Source of the DNA: Candidatus Thorarchaeota archaeon SMTZ1-45
GTDB lineage: Archaea; Asgardarchaeota; Thorarchaeia; Thorarchaeales; Thorarchaeaceae
Assembly (NCBI GenBank): GCA_001563335.1
Contig: LRSL01000037.1
Span: forward strand, 1 to 53,151
Reading direction: 5' to 3'
DNA length: 53,151 bases
Both the position numbers and the translations under genes were made by a program. Shown here one piece after another: positions 38,875-48,264 of this stretch. The notes under the pieces are model-generated. The model was not told the origin of the DNA and did not search any database. It saw only the letters and a list, made by a program, of their open reading frames with translations. Within the stretch, counting starts at the first letter, position 1. The number at the start of each line of letters is the position of its first letter.

Positions 38875-41082
38875 ATGAGTGAAGATGTAGTTAGATTGAA
38901 AGTAGCTGCTGCTATGCCAAAGGACCAAGGACGTGGCATTGTACGACTAAACTCTGATGTTAGAAACCACTTGGGACTTCATTCAGGCGATTATGTCCTA
39001 TTGAAAGGTGTAAAAGAAACAATAGCTGTGGCTTGGCCTAGCCTCAAAGAAGATGAAATTCTTGACATGGTGAGAATGGATGGCCTCATCAGAAACAATG
39101 CGGGGATACGTCTTGGTGAAATGGTAGAAGTCAGCAAAGCAGATGTTCCTGAAGCAACAAGAGTTGTAATAGCTCCCAGTCAACCTATGAGATTTCAACC
39201 TGGCTTTGAGGATTATGTGAAACAACAAATCATGAACAAACCAGTAACCCGTGGGGATGTAATTCTTATTTCTGCTATAGGTTCTGGGCTGCAATTTGTT
39301 GTGACAACTGTTTCTCCTCGTAAGCATGGCAGAATCACTTCATCCACAACCCTTGAAGTGATGACGAAACCCACTAAACCTGAGGAACTCACAATACCCC
39401 AAATTACCTATGAAGACATTGGGGGTCTCTCTAAGGAATTACAGAAGATCAGAGAAATGATTGAACTTCCCATGAAGTCTCCAGAACTTTTCAGGAGATT
39501 GGGGATTGCTCCCCCAAAAGGAGTACTCCTTCATGGTCCACCCGGTACCGGTAAGACTCTGATAGCGAAAGCTGTGGCCAATGAATCCGGTGCAAATTTC
39601 AAAGTCATCAATGGACCTGAAATTATGTCGAAATTCTATGGTGAGTCTGAGCAGAAGTTACGTGAAGCTTTTGAGGACGCTGAAAAGAATGCACCTAGCA
39701 TTATCTTCATTGATGAGCTTGACAGTATCGCCCCTAAACGAGCAGAAGTCACTGGAGAGGTTGAGAGACGTGTTGTTGCACAGCTTCTTGCTTTGATGGA
39801 TGGACTCGCTGGAAGAGGCCAAGTAATCGTAATTGGCGCAACAAACCGAGTCGATGATGTTGATGAAGCACTACGAAGACCCGGTCGTTTTGACAGGGAG
39901 ATTGAGATAGGTGTCCCTGATAAAAAAGGTCGGTTGGAGATTCTGCAGATTCATACTCGTGCTATGCCACTTGAAGAGAAGATCGATCTTGAGAAGCTAG
40001 CTGCAATCACTCATGGATTTGTGGGAGCAGATCTAGCTGCATTAGCAAGGGAATCTGCGATGAATGCACTACGGAGAGTTCTACCTCATATTGATCCCGA
40101 TACTGGTGATATCCCCCCTGACATCCTGAGTTCATTGTTTGTGACACAGGATGATTTTGAGTCAGCACTGGCTGGGATTGCTCCATCTGCATTGAGAGAA
40201 GTTCTAGTTGAAAGACCAAACATAAAGTGGGATGATATTGGTGGTCTAAGAGATGTTAAACGACGACTTCGTGCAGCTGTTGAAGGTCCATTGAAATATC
40301 CTGAAGTTTTCGAGGGCATGGGTATTCGAACTCCTCGCGGTGTTCTCCTATTTGGTCCGCCCGGTACTGGAAAAACTCTGTTAGCAAAAGCAGTCGCAAC
40401 TGAGAGTGAGGCTAACTTCATCTCAGTTAGAGGGCCAGAAATATTCAACAAATATGTTGGTGAATCTGAGAAAGCTGTGCGTGAGATCTTTAAGAAAGCA
40501 AGGCAGACTGCCCCGTGTGTAATTTTCTTTGATGAGATTGATGCAATTGTAAGTTCCCGTAGTGAACGCGATGAAACTGGAGTTTCTAAACGCATAGTGA
40601 ACCAGTTCCTTGCAGAATTGGATGGTTTGGAGAATCTTCAAAACGTCCTTGTGATCGGAGCTACAAACCGTGCAGAATTGATTGATCCTGCTATGAAGCG
40701 ACCTGGTCGGTTTGATGAAATACTCTATGTTGACGAGCCAGATGAAGAGGCACGATTAGCAATCCTGAAGATTCATACCAAAAGAATGCCCCTTGCTAAT
40801 GATGTATCACTTGAAGATATTGCTAAGAAAACAAAATGGTATACGGGTGCTGATTTAGAGGGATTGACTCGCATTGCTGCGATGCTTGCCGCTGGGATTA
40901 TTAATATCAAAGATAAAGACGCAAAAGAACCAAAGGTGTCCAAAGTGACCATGGACCACTTTGATATGGCTATGACATTAGTGCCCGCTACACTTGATCA
41001 GAAATCCTCTGAGTACTATAAGAGTCAAGCTGATTTTGTCCTGAAACGTCAACCTGAACGAGGACCTGGTTACATAGCATAA
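38875..41082 (+). CDS. cdc48: Cdc48/p97/VAT family AAA+ ATPase
   Basis: N domain plus two AAA modules (GPPGTGKT twice, FIDELD/FFDEID, RPGRFD twice). Confidence 0.97.
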   Translation: MSEDVVRLKVAAAMPKDQGRGIVRLNSDVRNHLGLHSGDYVLLKGVKETIAVAWPSLKEDEILDMVRMDGLIRNNAGIRLGEMVEVSKADVPEATRVVIAPSQPMRFQPGFEDYVKQQIMNKPVTRGDVILISAIGSGLQFVVTTVSPRKHGRITSSTTLEVMTKPTKPEELTIPQITYEDIGGLSKELQKIREMIELPMKSPELFRRLGIAPPKGVLLHGPPGTGKTLIAKAVANESGANFKVINGPEIMSKFYGESEQKLREAFEDAEKNAPSIIFIDELDSIAPKRAEVTGEVERRVVAQLLALMDGLAGRGQVIVIGATNRVDDVDEALRRPGRFDREIEIGVPDKKGRLEILQIHTRAMPLEEKIDLEKLAAITHGFVGADLAALARESAMNALRRVLPHIDPDTGDIPPDILSSLFVTQDDFESALAGIAPSALREVLVERPNIKWDDIGGLRDVKRRLRAAVEGPLKYPEVFEGMGIRTPRGVLLFGPPGTGKTLLAKAVATESEANFISVRGPEIFNKYVGESEKAVREIFKKARQTAPCVIFFDEIDAIVSSRSERDETGVSKRIVNQFLAELDGLENLQNVLVIGATNRAELIDPAMKRPGRFDEILYVDEPDEEARLAILKIHTKRMPLANDVSLEDIAKKTKWYTGADLEGLTRIAAMLAAGIINIKDKDAKEPKVSKVTMDHFDMAMTLVPATLDQKSSEYYKSQADFVLKRQPERGPGYIA

Positions 41083-41088
41083 AGAACA

Positions 41089-41130
41089 TGGGGATACTCT
41101 GTTGTGATAATCCCCAGCTCATCTTTTATC
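41089..41130 (+). terminator. Possible terminator after cdc48
   Basis: TGGGGAT (41089-41095) pairs with ATCCCCA (41110-41116), then a T-rich tract. Confidence 0.4.
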
Positions 41131-41206
41131 TTCATTACAATCACGATATCCTTTTGAGTGGTGCCTGTCTGTTGAACTGGAAACTCACAAGTATTGAGGC
41201 GTAAAG

Positions 41207-42082
41207 ATGAATAACTTCTATCCAGTTTCTCCGCTCGTAGGAATCACAAACACAAGTTATGGTGCACAGGTGGGTGTTATGGATGAGATGTGGAGTGTTC
41301 GAGTGGTTAGGGGTAAGAAAATCATCGCAGAGAAGACTATTCCAGATTTGGACTTAGAGAACATTGTGGGTGTGGCTTATGGTCATATTCGGGTTGAAGG
41401 TCTCAGTAGGCACGCAGTTGCTATGATGGCAGGTAGATTGATGCAATTCGCCAGAAAATACCAGACTGCTGGAGTCTGTCCAAACTACGAGATCCCTGAT
41501 CTAGCATATGATGATGGAACAACCATAGGAGAGATTGCTGCTGAGGCTCGTGGTGAAGTTATCGTGACTGCTGAGGACACAGCACCTTCAGGGGACTTGC
41601 CAGACATGAGAATTGGAGAAATTCCAGTCATTCCTCGAACGACCGGGGAGGCTGCTTGGGCTAGTATTATTGAATCTCATGCAACAATGATTTGCGAAGC
41701 TGCAATTTATGCCTCAGAGTTACCAAAAGGTCACTTGGAGATTATGTTCAATAGAATTGCTGATGCACTCATCCAACAATGGGTTTCTTCCAGCCCTGAT
41801 GAACCTTCAACTGCGGTTATGAAGTTTGGAGCACTGATTCAAGCTTGCTCCGATGAGAGTCAACTTCCTAAGACTGGAGCTGGCACATCAACCATTGAAA
41901 CTGGAGTTTGCAGGATATTGAGTATTTGTAGAAATCTGGACCCATCAGCATCGAGGATTTCTGGAGGATATCCCTGCACTTTTCATGAAATCATTGCAAA
42001 GAAATTGAGCGAACTTACTGGCGCCAATATCAGTGTGAATACATCATCTACAGGATGTATTGTGAGCATATCTCTTCAATGA
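41207..42082 (+). CDS. Hypothetical protein with C-terminal V4R/metal-binding-like domain
   Basis: C-terminal C..L..C...YPC..H...TG...V....TGC.V.I pattern. Start may be the later ATG (MDEMW). Confidence 0.55.
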   Translation: MNNFYPVSPLVGITNTSYGAQVGVMDEMWSVRVVRGKKIIAEKTIPDLDLENIVGVAYGHIRVEGLSRHAVAMMAGRLMQFARKYQTAGVCPNYEIPDLAYDDGTTIGEIAAEARGEVIVTAEDTAPSGDLPDMRIGEIPVIPRTTGEAAWASIIESHATMICEAAIYASELPKGHLEIMFNRIADALIQQWVSSSPDEPSTAVMKFGALIQACSDESQLPKTGAGTSTIETGVCRILSICRNLDPSASRISGGYPCTFHEIIAKKLSELTGANISVNTSSTGCIVSISLQ

Positions 42083-42177
42083 TATTTTAGTTACCCAATA
42101 ATCTTAAATCGCTACACACGCCTCAATTTAAATTAGACGAGACTGCGTGGTATGGTCTCGATTAGGAGCTTAGAAAA

Positions 42178-42462
42178 TTGAGCTATTTGACATGGCGAGA
42201 TTATACGCGCTCAGGACCTGTGTGTTTTGGTGCGCTTTTAGTGATTGGTGGTGCCATTATTTCTCTGCTGGTTTATACAAATCCAGCAGCCTATGATTTC
42301 ATTCCTGGCTACACCATGTTGATTGGTGCGATTGTGGCAGTCGTAGGATTGCTGTTCATCATTATGGGCTTTGTCTTCACAAAGAGGAAGCGCGATTCGG
42401 TACTTAGACCGGTCGATACCAAGCTGGATGACACGCCTCCACCCCCGCCACCGCCGGATTGA
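42178..42462 (+). CDS. Small two-TM membrane protein with poly-proline tail
   Basis: Two hydrophobic helices, KRKR stop-transfer and C-terminal TPPPPPPPD; AGGAG upstream of TTG. Confidence 0.7.
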   Translation: MSYLTWRDYTRSGPVCFGALLVIGGAIISLLVYTNPAAYDFIPGYTMLIGAIVAVVGLLFIIMGFVFTKRKRDSVLRPVDTKLDDTPPPPPPPD

Positions 42463-42486
42463 TCATTAGAATCCGCTTTTCTTAAC

Positions 42487-42530
42487 GAGCCTTGGGATCC
42501 CTAGGGTCCTTTGGCTCTACTTCTCTTTCT
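42487..42530 (+). terminator. Stem-loop plus pyrimidine tract
   Basis: GAGCC..GGGATCC-CTA-GGGTCCT..GGCTC followed by TACTTCTCTTTCT. Confidence 0.45.
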
Positions 42531-42678
42531 TGGAATACTCGTCATGCAACGATACATGTTACAAAATCATCATCTGGGAAATCTAACTTCTTCAAGTAGC
42601 AGTGTATGAAATGTGTTACATGAACAATATTGAATGAATCAATTTCTTCTGTATACTGGCTTCTAAAGTCTATTCTCA

Positions 42679-43245
42679 CTATTTACCGCTGGTTTCCTTA
42701 TCATTCCAAGGGCTTGTCGATTCGGGTAGGGAGCTAGTTCTAATTATATACAACCCAATAAGCAGTTGGATTGGGATGGGTCCTGCATAGAAGAGTGGGT
42801 CTATCCCAATCCGGTACAATTCTAATAGGAGAGGTATGGTAGATAACACATTCGTGATTGGAAAGAACATTGTGAGTGCGCCTACTATCAGAGTTTTTCT
42901 TCTGGAAATTCTCCCAGTACAGCGAAGCACTACTGCAATTGCAAAAGCGAATCCAAAAACATTTTGGAAAAAAAGATAGGGCAAAGTATCCCTGTTTAGA
43001 AAATGGAAACCAGGCTCAGCGATGCCATACGCTGTTCCCCCTTCTCCCTCTTTTAAGAAAAAAATCCACGTAGCAGCCATGACATTAAAGTCGATTTGCA
43101 GCCCCTCCTCAGAGCTGTATTCTATACCACCAATAAAAGCACCATAAGGAGCTAATAATGTAATCACGAGCATAACCAGGGACGCCTGTTTAGCTGTAAG
43201 TTTAACTGGAATCTGAAAATCTCCACTCATTCCCAAGACAATCAC
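42679..43245 (-). CDS. Hypothetical four-TM membrane protein
   Basis: Four hydrophobic segments, GPIPIQLLIGL and a C-terminal PW motif; start may be MSGDF. Confidence 0.65.
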   Translation of the reverse strand: MIVLGMSGDFQIPVKLTAKQASLVMLVITLLAPYGAFIGGIEYSSEEGLQIDFNVMAATWIFFLKEGEGGTAYGIAEPGFHFLNRDTLPYLFFQNVFGFAFAIAVVLRCTGRISRRKTLIVGALTMFFPITNVLSTIPLLLELYRIGIDPLFYAGPIPIQLLIGLYIIRTSSLPESTSPWNDKETSGK

Positions 43246-43438
43246 CGGGTCAATGTATGCCTTAATCGTAATTTGAGCCGCTCAAATTATCATAAGTATT
43301 TTATCAGATTGAAGAAAGGCTCTTTGATCTAAGCCACGTTTATGATGTAAAATGCGTAAACCTTCATCCCGCAAATCCTAATATGTAACCTCGTTGGCTT
43401 ATCTCTAGAACTGTCTACTGGATGGTGTAATTGTCCAG

Positions 43439-43732
43439 ATGAAGCATGTGCTTGAATACAAAAATAGTCAATTTCACGAGTGCACTGGGACGCCAACTAC
43501 TCCCATTACTCTAACAGTTGACGATTCCGTGAAGAAGCTCATTCTAATTGTACCAAGTGGCACAAGCATGATTGAGCGAAGGGCTGCTGAACGCAACGCT
43601 CGTGGCATCGAGAAGGTTGGTTTCCAGACCGCCTCGAAGGGCCGTATTGGTAGAGGCTATGAGCTAGTTATTGAAGGCCATGGTGGAGGATTACCTGATC
43701 GCCTTAGGCATTCTCCACGAGAGGTATACTAG
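43439..43732 (+). CDS. Single-domain gelsolin-like protein (ProGel-like)
   Basis: LTVDD..KLILIV.SGTSMIERRAAERNARGI.....GR....LVIEG fits the gelsolin repeat pattern (strand-D, strand, long A-x3-A helix, V.EG). Confidence 0.55.
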   Translation: MKHVLEYKNSQFHECTGTPTTPITLTVDDSVKKLILIVPSGTSMIERRAAERNARGIEKVGFQTASKGRIGRGYELVIEGHGGGLPDRLRHSPREVY

Positions 43733-43835
43733 GATTTCGTCAAGACTGCAAAATACTTGGGAGTTGTCTATGCAGCGAAATTGGAAAACGCATAGACTCG
43801 GAGATGTTTGCAGATCGTGAGGAGAGAGATTCAAG

Positions 43836-45506
43836 ATGTCTGAAGAACGAGCGAAAAGATGGATTGAAGAATCACAGAAGGATACAATAAGACAGTCCGC
43901 TGGAAGTCAACACCTTAGGAGAGCTGCAGAAGCAGAACGAGCTGGTAATGTTGCCACTGCTGAACAAGAATATGCTCTTGCAGCAGAAGCGTTCCTGAAA
44001 TCTGCAAGCGAATACCGTAGTGGTAAGAGCTATCGGACTGCTGCGATTAACATGTGTGCTGCTGGTGATGTATACTCTGAAATCGGTGATGCTGCAAAAG
44101 CTGTAGAAACCTACGAAGGTGCGGCTGAGGATCTCCTCAGTGCTTCTGCTGAGCATCTTATGTGGGGTGAAGATGCAGAGACCAGCAAGGGCACAGCTCT
44201 TGCCATGACTGCATGCATGATATATATCATGATTGGGAAGGAAGCTGAAGGGTTCTATAAGGCTCGTGGATTTACAGCTGAACATGCTTCAAAGATTCGA
44301 CTTCCTGCAACAGTTAGATTGAGTCAGATTCCCCAAATGCTTGAAAGCGCGATTCAGTCTGTTAACCTTGAATCTTTTGCATCAGCAGAGAATGCTGCAG
44401 TAACTGAATTAAAGGCTGCTCTTGCGAGTGCGAATAGTCAGGACTTTGCCAAGTACGTAGACAAGGGTCTCGATATGGTTCGGGAACTCCTTCGTGGTAA
44501 GCTGAAGGTTCCGAAACTATCATCACAGCTTGTGCTTCCAAACGATGTAACATTCACAGAAGAATTTCCTGTTAGGGTCAAGATAAAGAACTCTGGCGAT
44601 GGTGAAGCTCTCAATCTATCAGTTGATTGGCACCTCGATGAAGGATTGGATTTAATTTCAGGTGAGCGATCGAAAAAAGTAAACAGTCTACCACCGGGAG
44701 AAATGCTCGACATTTCTGTTGTATTGAAATCAGCTCAACCACTTGTTGGTGAAAAAGAATTCTCAATTTTGGTCCGTGTATCCTATATTGATAAATTAAA
44801 GACTGAATACAGTCTTCAAGCTGGACCTGGAACTCTAGTCTTGAAGGATTACAAGATTAGTCAACAGCTAACACGTGATGCTGATCTTACTGATGGTCGG
44901 GTGGGTTTGCTAAAGGAGTCTATAGAATCATCTGAACTGGAATCTGAACCTCTAGTACGGATTGTTGATAGTCTAACTGCTTCAATGAAGCAAAGTCGAT
45001 CGGATATTGAAGAAGGCGATTTAGACCTAGCTAAAGCAAGAATCCGTATTGTAAACGACATGGTTGATACTATTGATGCTTTGATAGGTGATAATGAGCT
45101 ATTAAGGAGACTCACAGAAAGACGAGATGTAGCAAAGAAGGAATACGCTCTCAAGAAACTCACTCCTGCTTTTGATGAAGTGATTTCTTTTCTTGCAACT
45201 CAGGAGAAGAAGCTTGAACCAGAACTTCAAAATGCACTCGCTGATTGGGATGCTGAAGCATCAAAGAAGAGAACTTTGAAAGCAACAATTGGTCGTATCA
45301 AAGAGATTGCGGGAATTCTCGCTTCTGCAGGAGCTGATACCTCGGTTCTTGAGCATGAAACAGAGAATGCACTAAATGACCCTCTCCTTATAGTTGGTGA
45401 GCGGCCCTCTTCCCCTGAAAAGGTAGAGATGGCTTTAGTGCTGGCGCGCTCAATAAGAAATGAAATCACTCAGATGCTTGAATCTAGAAAGAACGAGCTA
45501 GCTTGA
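43836..45506 (+). CDS. SNAP/TPR-like solenoid plus Ig-like domain plus helical C-terminus
   Basis: Ala-rich helical hairpins (EYALAAEAFLKSA, AAINMCAAGDVY, KAVETYEGAA); Ig-like V.IKNSG.GEA.N...LPPGE; C-terminal coiled coils. Confidence 0.6.
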   Translation: MSEERAKRWIEESQKDTIRQSAGSQHLRRAAEAERAGNVATAEQEYALAAEAFLKSASEYRSGKSYRTAAINMCAAGDVYSEIGDAAKAVETYEGAAEDLLSASAEHLMWGEDAETSKGTALAMTACMIYIMIGKEAEGFYKARGFTAEHASKIRLPATVRLSQIPQMLESAIQSVNLESFASAENAAVTELKAALASANSQDFAKYVDKGLDMVRELLRGKLKVPKLSSQLVLPNDVTFTEEFPVRVKIKNSGDGEALNLSVDWHLDEGLDLISGERSKKVNSLPPGEMLDISVVLKSAQPLVGEKEFSILVRVSYIDKLKTEYSLQAGPGTLVLKDYKISQQLTRDADLTDGRVGLLKESIESSELESEPLVRIVDSLTASMKQSRSDIEEGDLDLAKARIRIVNDMVDTIDALIGDNELLRRLTERRDVAKKEYALKKLTPAFDEVISFLATQEKKLEPELQNALADWDAEASKKRTLKATIGRIKEIAGILASAGADTSVLEHETENALNDPLLIVGERPSSPEKVEMALVLARSIRNEITQMLESRKNELA

Positions 45507-45556
45507 TTATTGCCATGAGATGTTTCTACTACATGGCTTTAACTTTCCATTTTTAT

Positions 45557-45597
45557 TTTCAAAATTCTGAAATCCTGAATTTCAAAAATCTGAAATT
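45557..45597 (+). promoter_or_regulatory. Tandem palindromic operators TTTCA-N6-TGAAA
   Basis: TTTCAAAATTCTGAAA (45557-45572) and TTTCAAAAATCTGAAA (45580-45595), just upstream of an HTH regulator. Confidence 0.6.
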
Positions 45598-45638
45598 TAA
45601 TAAGCCTCTGTGAGTACATTCAATATGAGGATTCGTCT

Positions 45639-46121
45639 GTGGTTTCAGGTGATTTACGTAAAGAATTCCTTAAACTCGTTGGAAAAGCATACGAACACTA
45701 TGGTTATCCTGAGCATTGTGGTTGGATTGAGGGCCTTTTACTTTTGGAACCAAAAGAGTGGTCGCAAAAGGGACTCTCCGAAAGATTGAGTGAACTTTTC
45801 TCCACATCTACTTCCATTCCTTCAGTTAATAGAGCACTCAAAATTTTAGAGAGTTATGGTATAGTAGAAAAAACTGGATCAAGAAAGATTGGGTTTAATT
45901 ATCGTCTACAATCGTCATCCAACCTTGTTCTTTCAATGTTTTATCAACTCCTAATTGTGAATCAAGACTTCATAGCAAAGCTGCAAGCTCTTGAAACTAA
46001 GAATAAGAAAAGAGATTCAGAGTTGGGTAGAGCGATAACCACTGAAATCACGATGGCAGAGATTTGGAACCGTGCTCTGGAACAAATTATCACATCACTA
46101 CAAGACGAACAAGGAGAGTGA
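45639..46121 (+). CDS. GbsR/MarR-like winged-helix transcriptional regulator
   Basis: YGYP..CGWI.GLLLL, S...LSE, S.PSVNRALKILE.YGIV....RK. Confidence 0.8.
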   Translation: MVSGDLRKEFLKLVGKAYEHYGYPEHCGWIEGLLLLEPKEWSQKGLSERLSELFSTSTSIPSVNRALKILESYGIVEKTGSRKIGFNYRLQSSSNLVLSMFYQLLIVNQDFIAKLQALETKNKKRDSELGRAITTEITMAEIWNRALEQIITSLQDEQGE

Positions 46122-46127
46122 GTCATA

Positions 46128-47639
46128 TTGAGTCAAAAATCTATGATAATTATTGGAGCTGGACTAGCGGGTCTCTCGACTGGTTGTTATGCTCAGATGA
46201 ATGGATATGAGAGTAGAATTTTCGAGCATCACATAAAGTCTGGTGGAGTCGCGGCTGTCTGGAGGAGAGGAGAATTTCTTATTGATGGAGGCATACATTT
46301 TTTGATTTGCCACAAACCTGGAACTTCAATCTATGATGTGTACTCAGAAATTGGTGCAGTCGGGTCTTATGAGATTGCAGATATGACTACCTATCTTCGT
46401 TTCATTGATGAAACCAGCACAAAATTCATCGAATTCACAAATGATCTGGATAAACTCACACATGATTTGATACAGATTGCACCTGAGGATGAGGATGAAA
46501 TCCGAGCACTCATAAGAGAGGTTGAGTGGATGAAAGACTCTCCTTTATTGACAGACTTAGGGATGAGTACTTCTCCACCAGAACTGAAAGGCCGCTTGGA
46601 TTCACTTAAGGAGATGTGGCAGATGCGAAGTTTCATGAAGTACTTCACAGGTAAGTTTTCGAAGTCTGCAGGTGATTATGCCGATAACAACATTCGAAAC
46701 CCGTTTCTAAAAACAGTAATCAGAAACCTGTTCTCACCTGATGGTCCTATCTGGTTTGTGATCATGATTCTTGCCTGCGTTGCAGCTGGTCAGCTAGGTC
46801 TGTTCAAAGGTGGTTGTCATGAATTTGTTAACTCAATTGTGGAGCGATATAACTCCCTTGGAGGACAGATTCAGTACAAGGCAAAAATTGAGAAGATACT
46901 GGTTGAGGATGACACTGCTGTTGGTGTTCTCCTCTCTGATGGAACTGAACATAGAGCTGATGTGATTGTGTCTGCTGCTGATGGCAGAAGCACAATCTTT
47001 GATCTCCTTGGTGGCAACTATGTCGATGATAAGATTGAGAGGCGGTACAAGACTTGGAGACCATTTGATCCAATGGTGGTTGTGAGTCTTGGCGTTGCCA
47101 GAGAATTCAGGACAGAAGCCCCATTAACCGTCTTTGTGATGAGAGAGCCATTGAAGTATGCTGGGAGGGAGATAAGTTGTCTGCCGTTAAGGGTATTCAA
47201 TTATGGTGATGCCTTTGCTCCTGCAGGAAAGTCAGTCATTCAAGTAATGTTGGAGACAGATTGGGAGTACTGGTACAATCTCAGACAGAATCGCGAAGAG
47301 TATGATGTAGAGAAGAAACAATTAGCCGAAGAAATCATCAAGCGTCTTGAGGATCAATATCCAGGTATCACATCTCAAGTAGAGATGATCGATGTTGCTA
47401 CTCCGTACACCTCTTGGAGATACACGTTGAATGACAGGGGATCACCAATGGGATGGATGATAACCAAGAAGACAATTATGGAACTTATACCACGTACTTT
47501 ACCTGGTCTTGAGAACTTCTATATGGCTGGACAATGGGTCTTGCCTGGTGGCGGTGTCCCTGGGTGTATTTACACTGGTAGGAATGTGGTCCAGATATTA
47601 TGCAAAAGAGATAATGAGAAGTTCAAGACACGAATCTGA
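46128..47639 (+). CDS. Phytoene dehydrogenase (CrtI-like) family FAD oxidoreductase
   Basis: IIGAGLAGL, GG....W.R..F.ID, VATP and NFYMAGQW..PGGGVP. Confidence 0.88.
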   Translation: MSQKSMIIIGAGLAGLSTGCYAQMNGYESRIFEHHIKSGGVAAVWRRGEFLIDGGIHFLICHKPGTSIYDVYSEIGAVGSYEIADMTTYLRFIDETSTKFIEFTNDLDKLTHDLIQIAPEDEDEIRALIREVEWMKDSPLLTDLGMSTSPPELKGRLDSLKEMWQMRSFMKYFTGKFSKSAGDYADNNIRNPFLKTVIRNLFSPDGPIWFVIMILACVAAGQLGLFKGGCHEFVNSIVERYNSLGGQIQYKAKIEKILVEDDTAVGVLLSDGTEHRADVIVSAADGRSTIFDLLGGNYVDDKIERRYKTWRPFDPMVVVSLGVAREFRTEAPLTVFVMREPLKYAGREISCLPLRVFNYGDAFAPAGKSVIQVMLETDWEYWYNLRQNREEYDVEKKQLAEEIIKRLEDQYPGITSQVEMIDVATPYTSWRYTLNDRGSPMGWMITKKTIMELIPRTLPGLENFYMAGQWVLPGGGVPGCIYTGRNVVQILCKRDNEKFKTRI

Positions 47640-47791
47640 CTTCTAGTCATAAATCTGTCAAAGCATCATCAAATCATAATATTGCTCTTATTTCTTGTTG
47701 ATATTTTAGTCGAAATTTGATAGGTGAAATTCCCTATCTCAAATTGCGTATTAGATAAGTAAGAAAAGTCAAGAGGTCGCTTCATACATTT

Positions 47792-48244
47792 ATGAATGAC
47801 TTAACATTTGTCACCCATTTGTGCAAAGATAAGAAAGATAGGGAGAAACTCGAGAGTGGGTTAGTTGCTATCTATTCCGGTTTAGGAAATAACATCATTG
47901 AAAGAATTGGCATTACAGAGTTGAGTCGGTCACTAGGGGTTTTGATGAAGAATAATGCAGATGAAACAGTTGGTGGTGGTGTTGGGTATGTATTCGGAGG
48001 ATGGTTATACATCTCTGTCCTCTGGGTCGATAAGGCTCTGAGGAACAAGGGTTATGGGACTAAATTGATGAGCATCATAGAGCATGAAGCTGCCAAAATG
48101 GGATGTACAAATGTTCACCTAGATACTTATAGTTTCGAAGCACGACCTTTCTACGAAAGACTTGGATATGAGATATTTGCAGTTCTAGATGACTATCCAA
48201 AGGGACACTCAAAGTATTTCTTAAAGAAGCAACTAGCATCATGA
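47792..48244 (+). CDS. GNAT family N-acetyltransferase
   Basis: LWVD..LRNKGYG, LDTYSFEARPFYERLGY. Confidence 0.92.
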   Translation: MNDLTFVTHLCKDKKDREKLESGLVAIYSGLGNNIIERIGITELSRSLGVLMKNNADETVGGGVGYVFGGWLYISVLWVDKALRNKGYGTKLMSIIEHEAAKMGCTNVHLDTYSFEARPFYERLGYEIFAVLDDYPKGHSKYFLKKQLAS

Positions 48245-48264
48245 CCCTTTTATAAAACTTGAAT

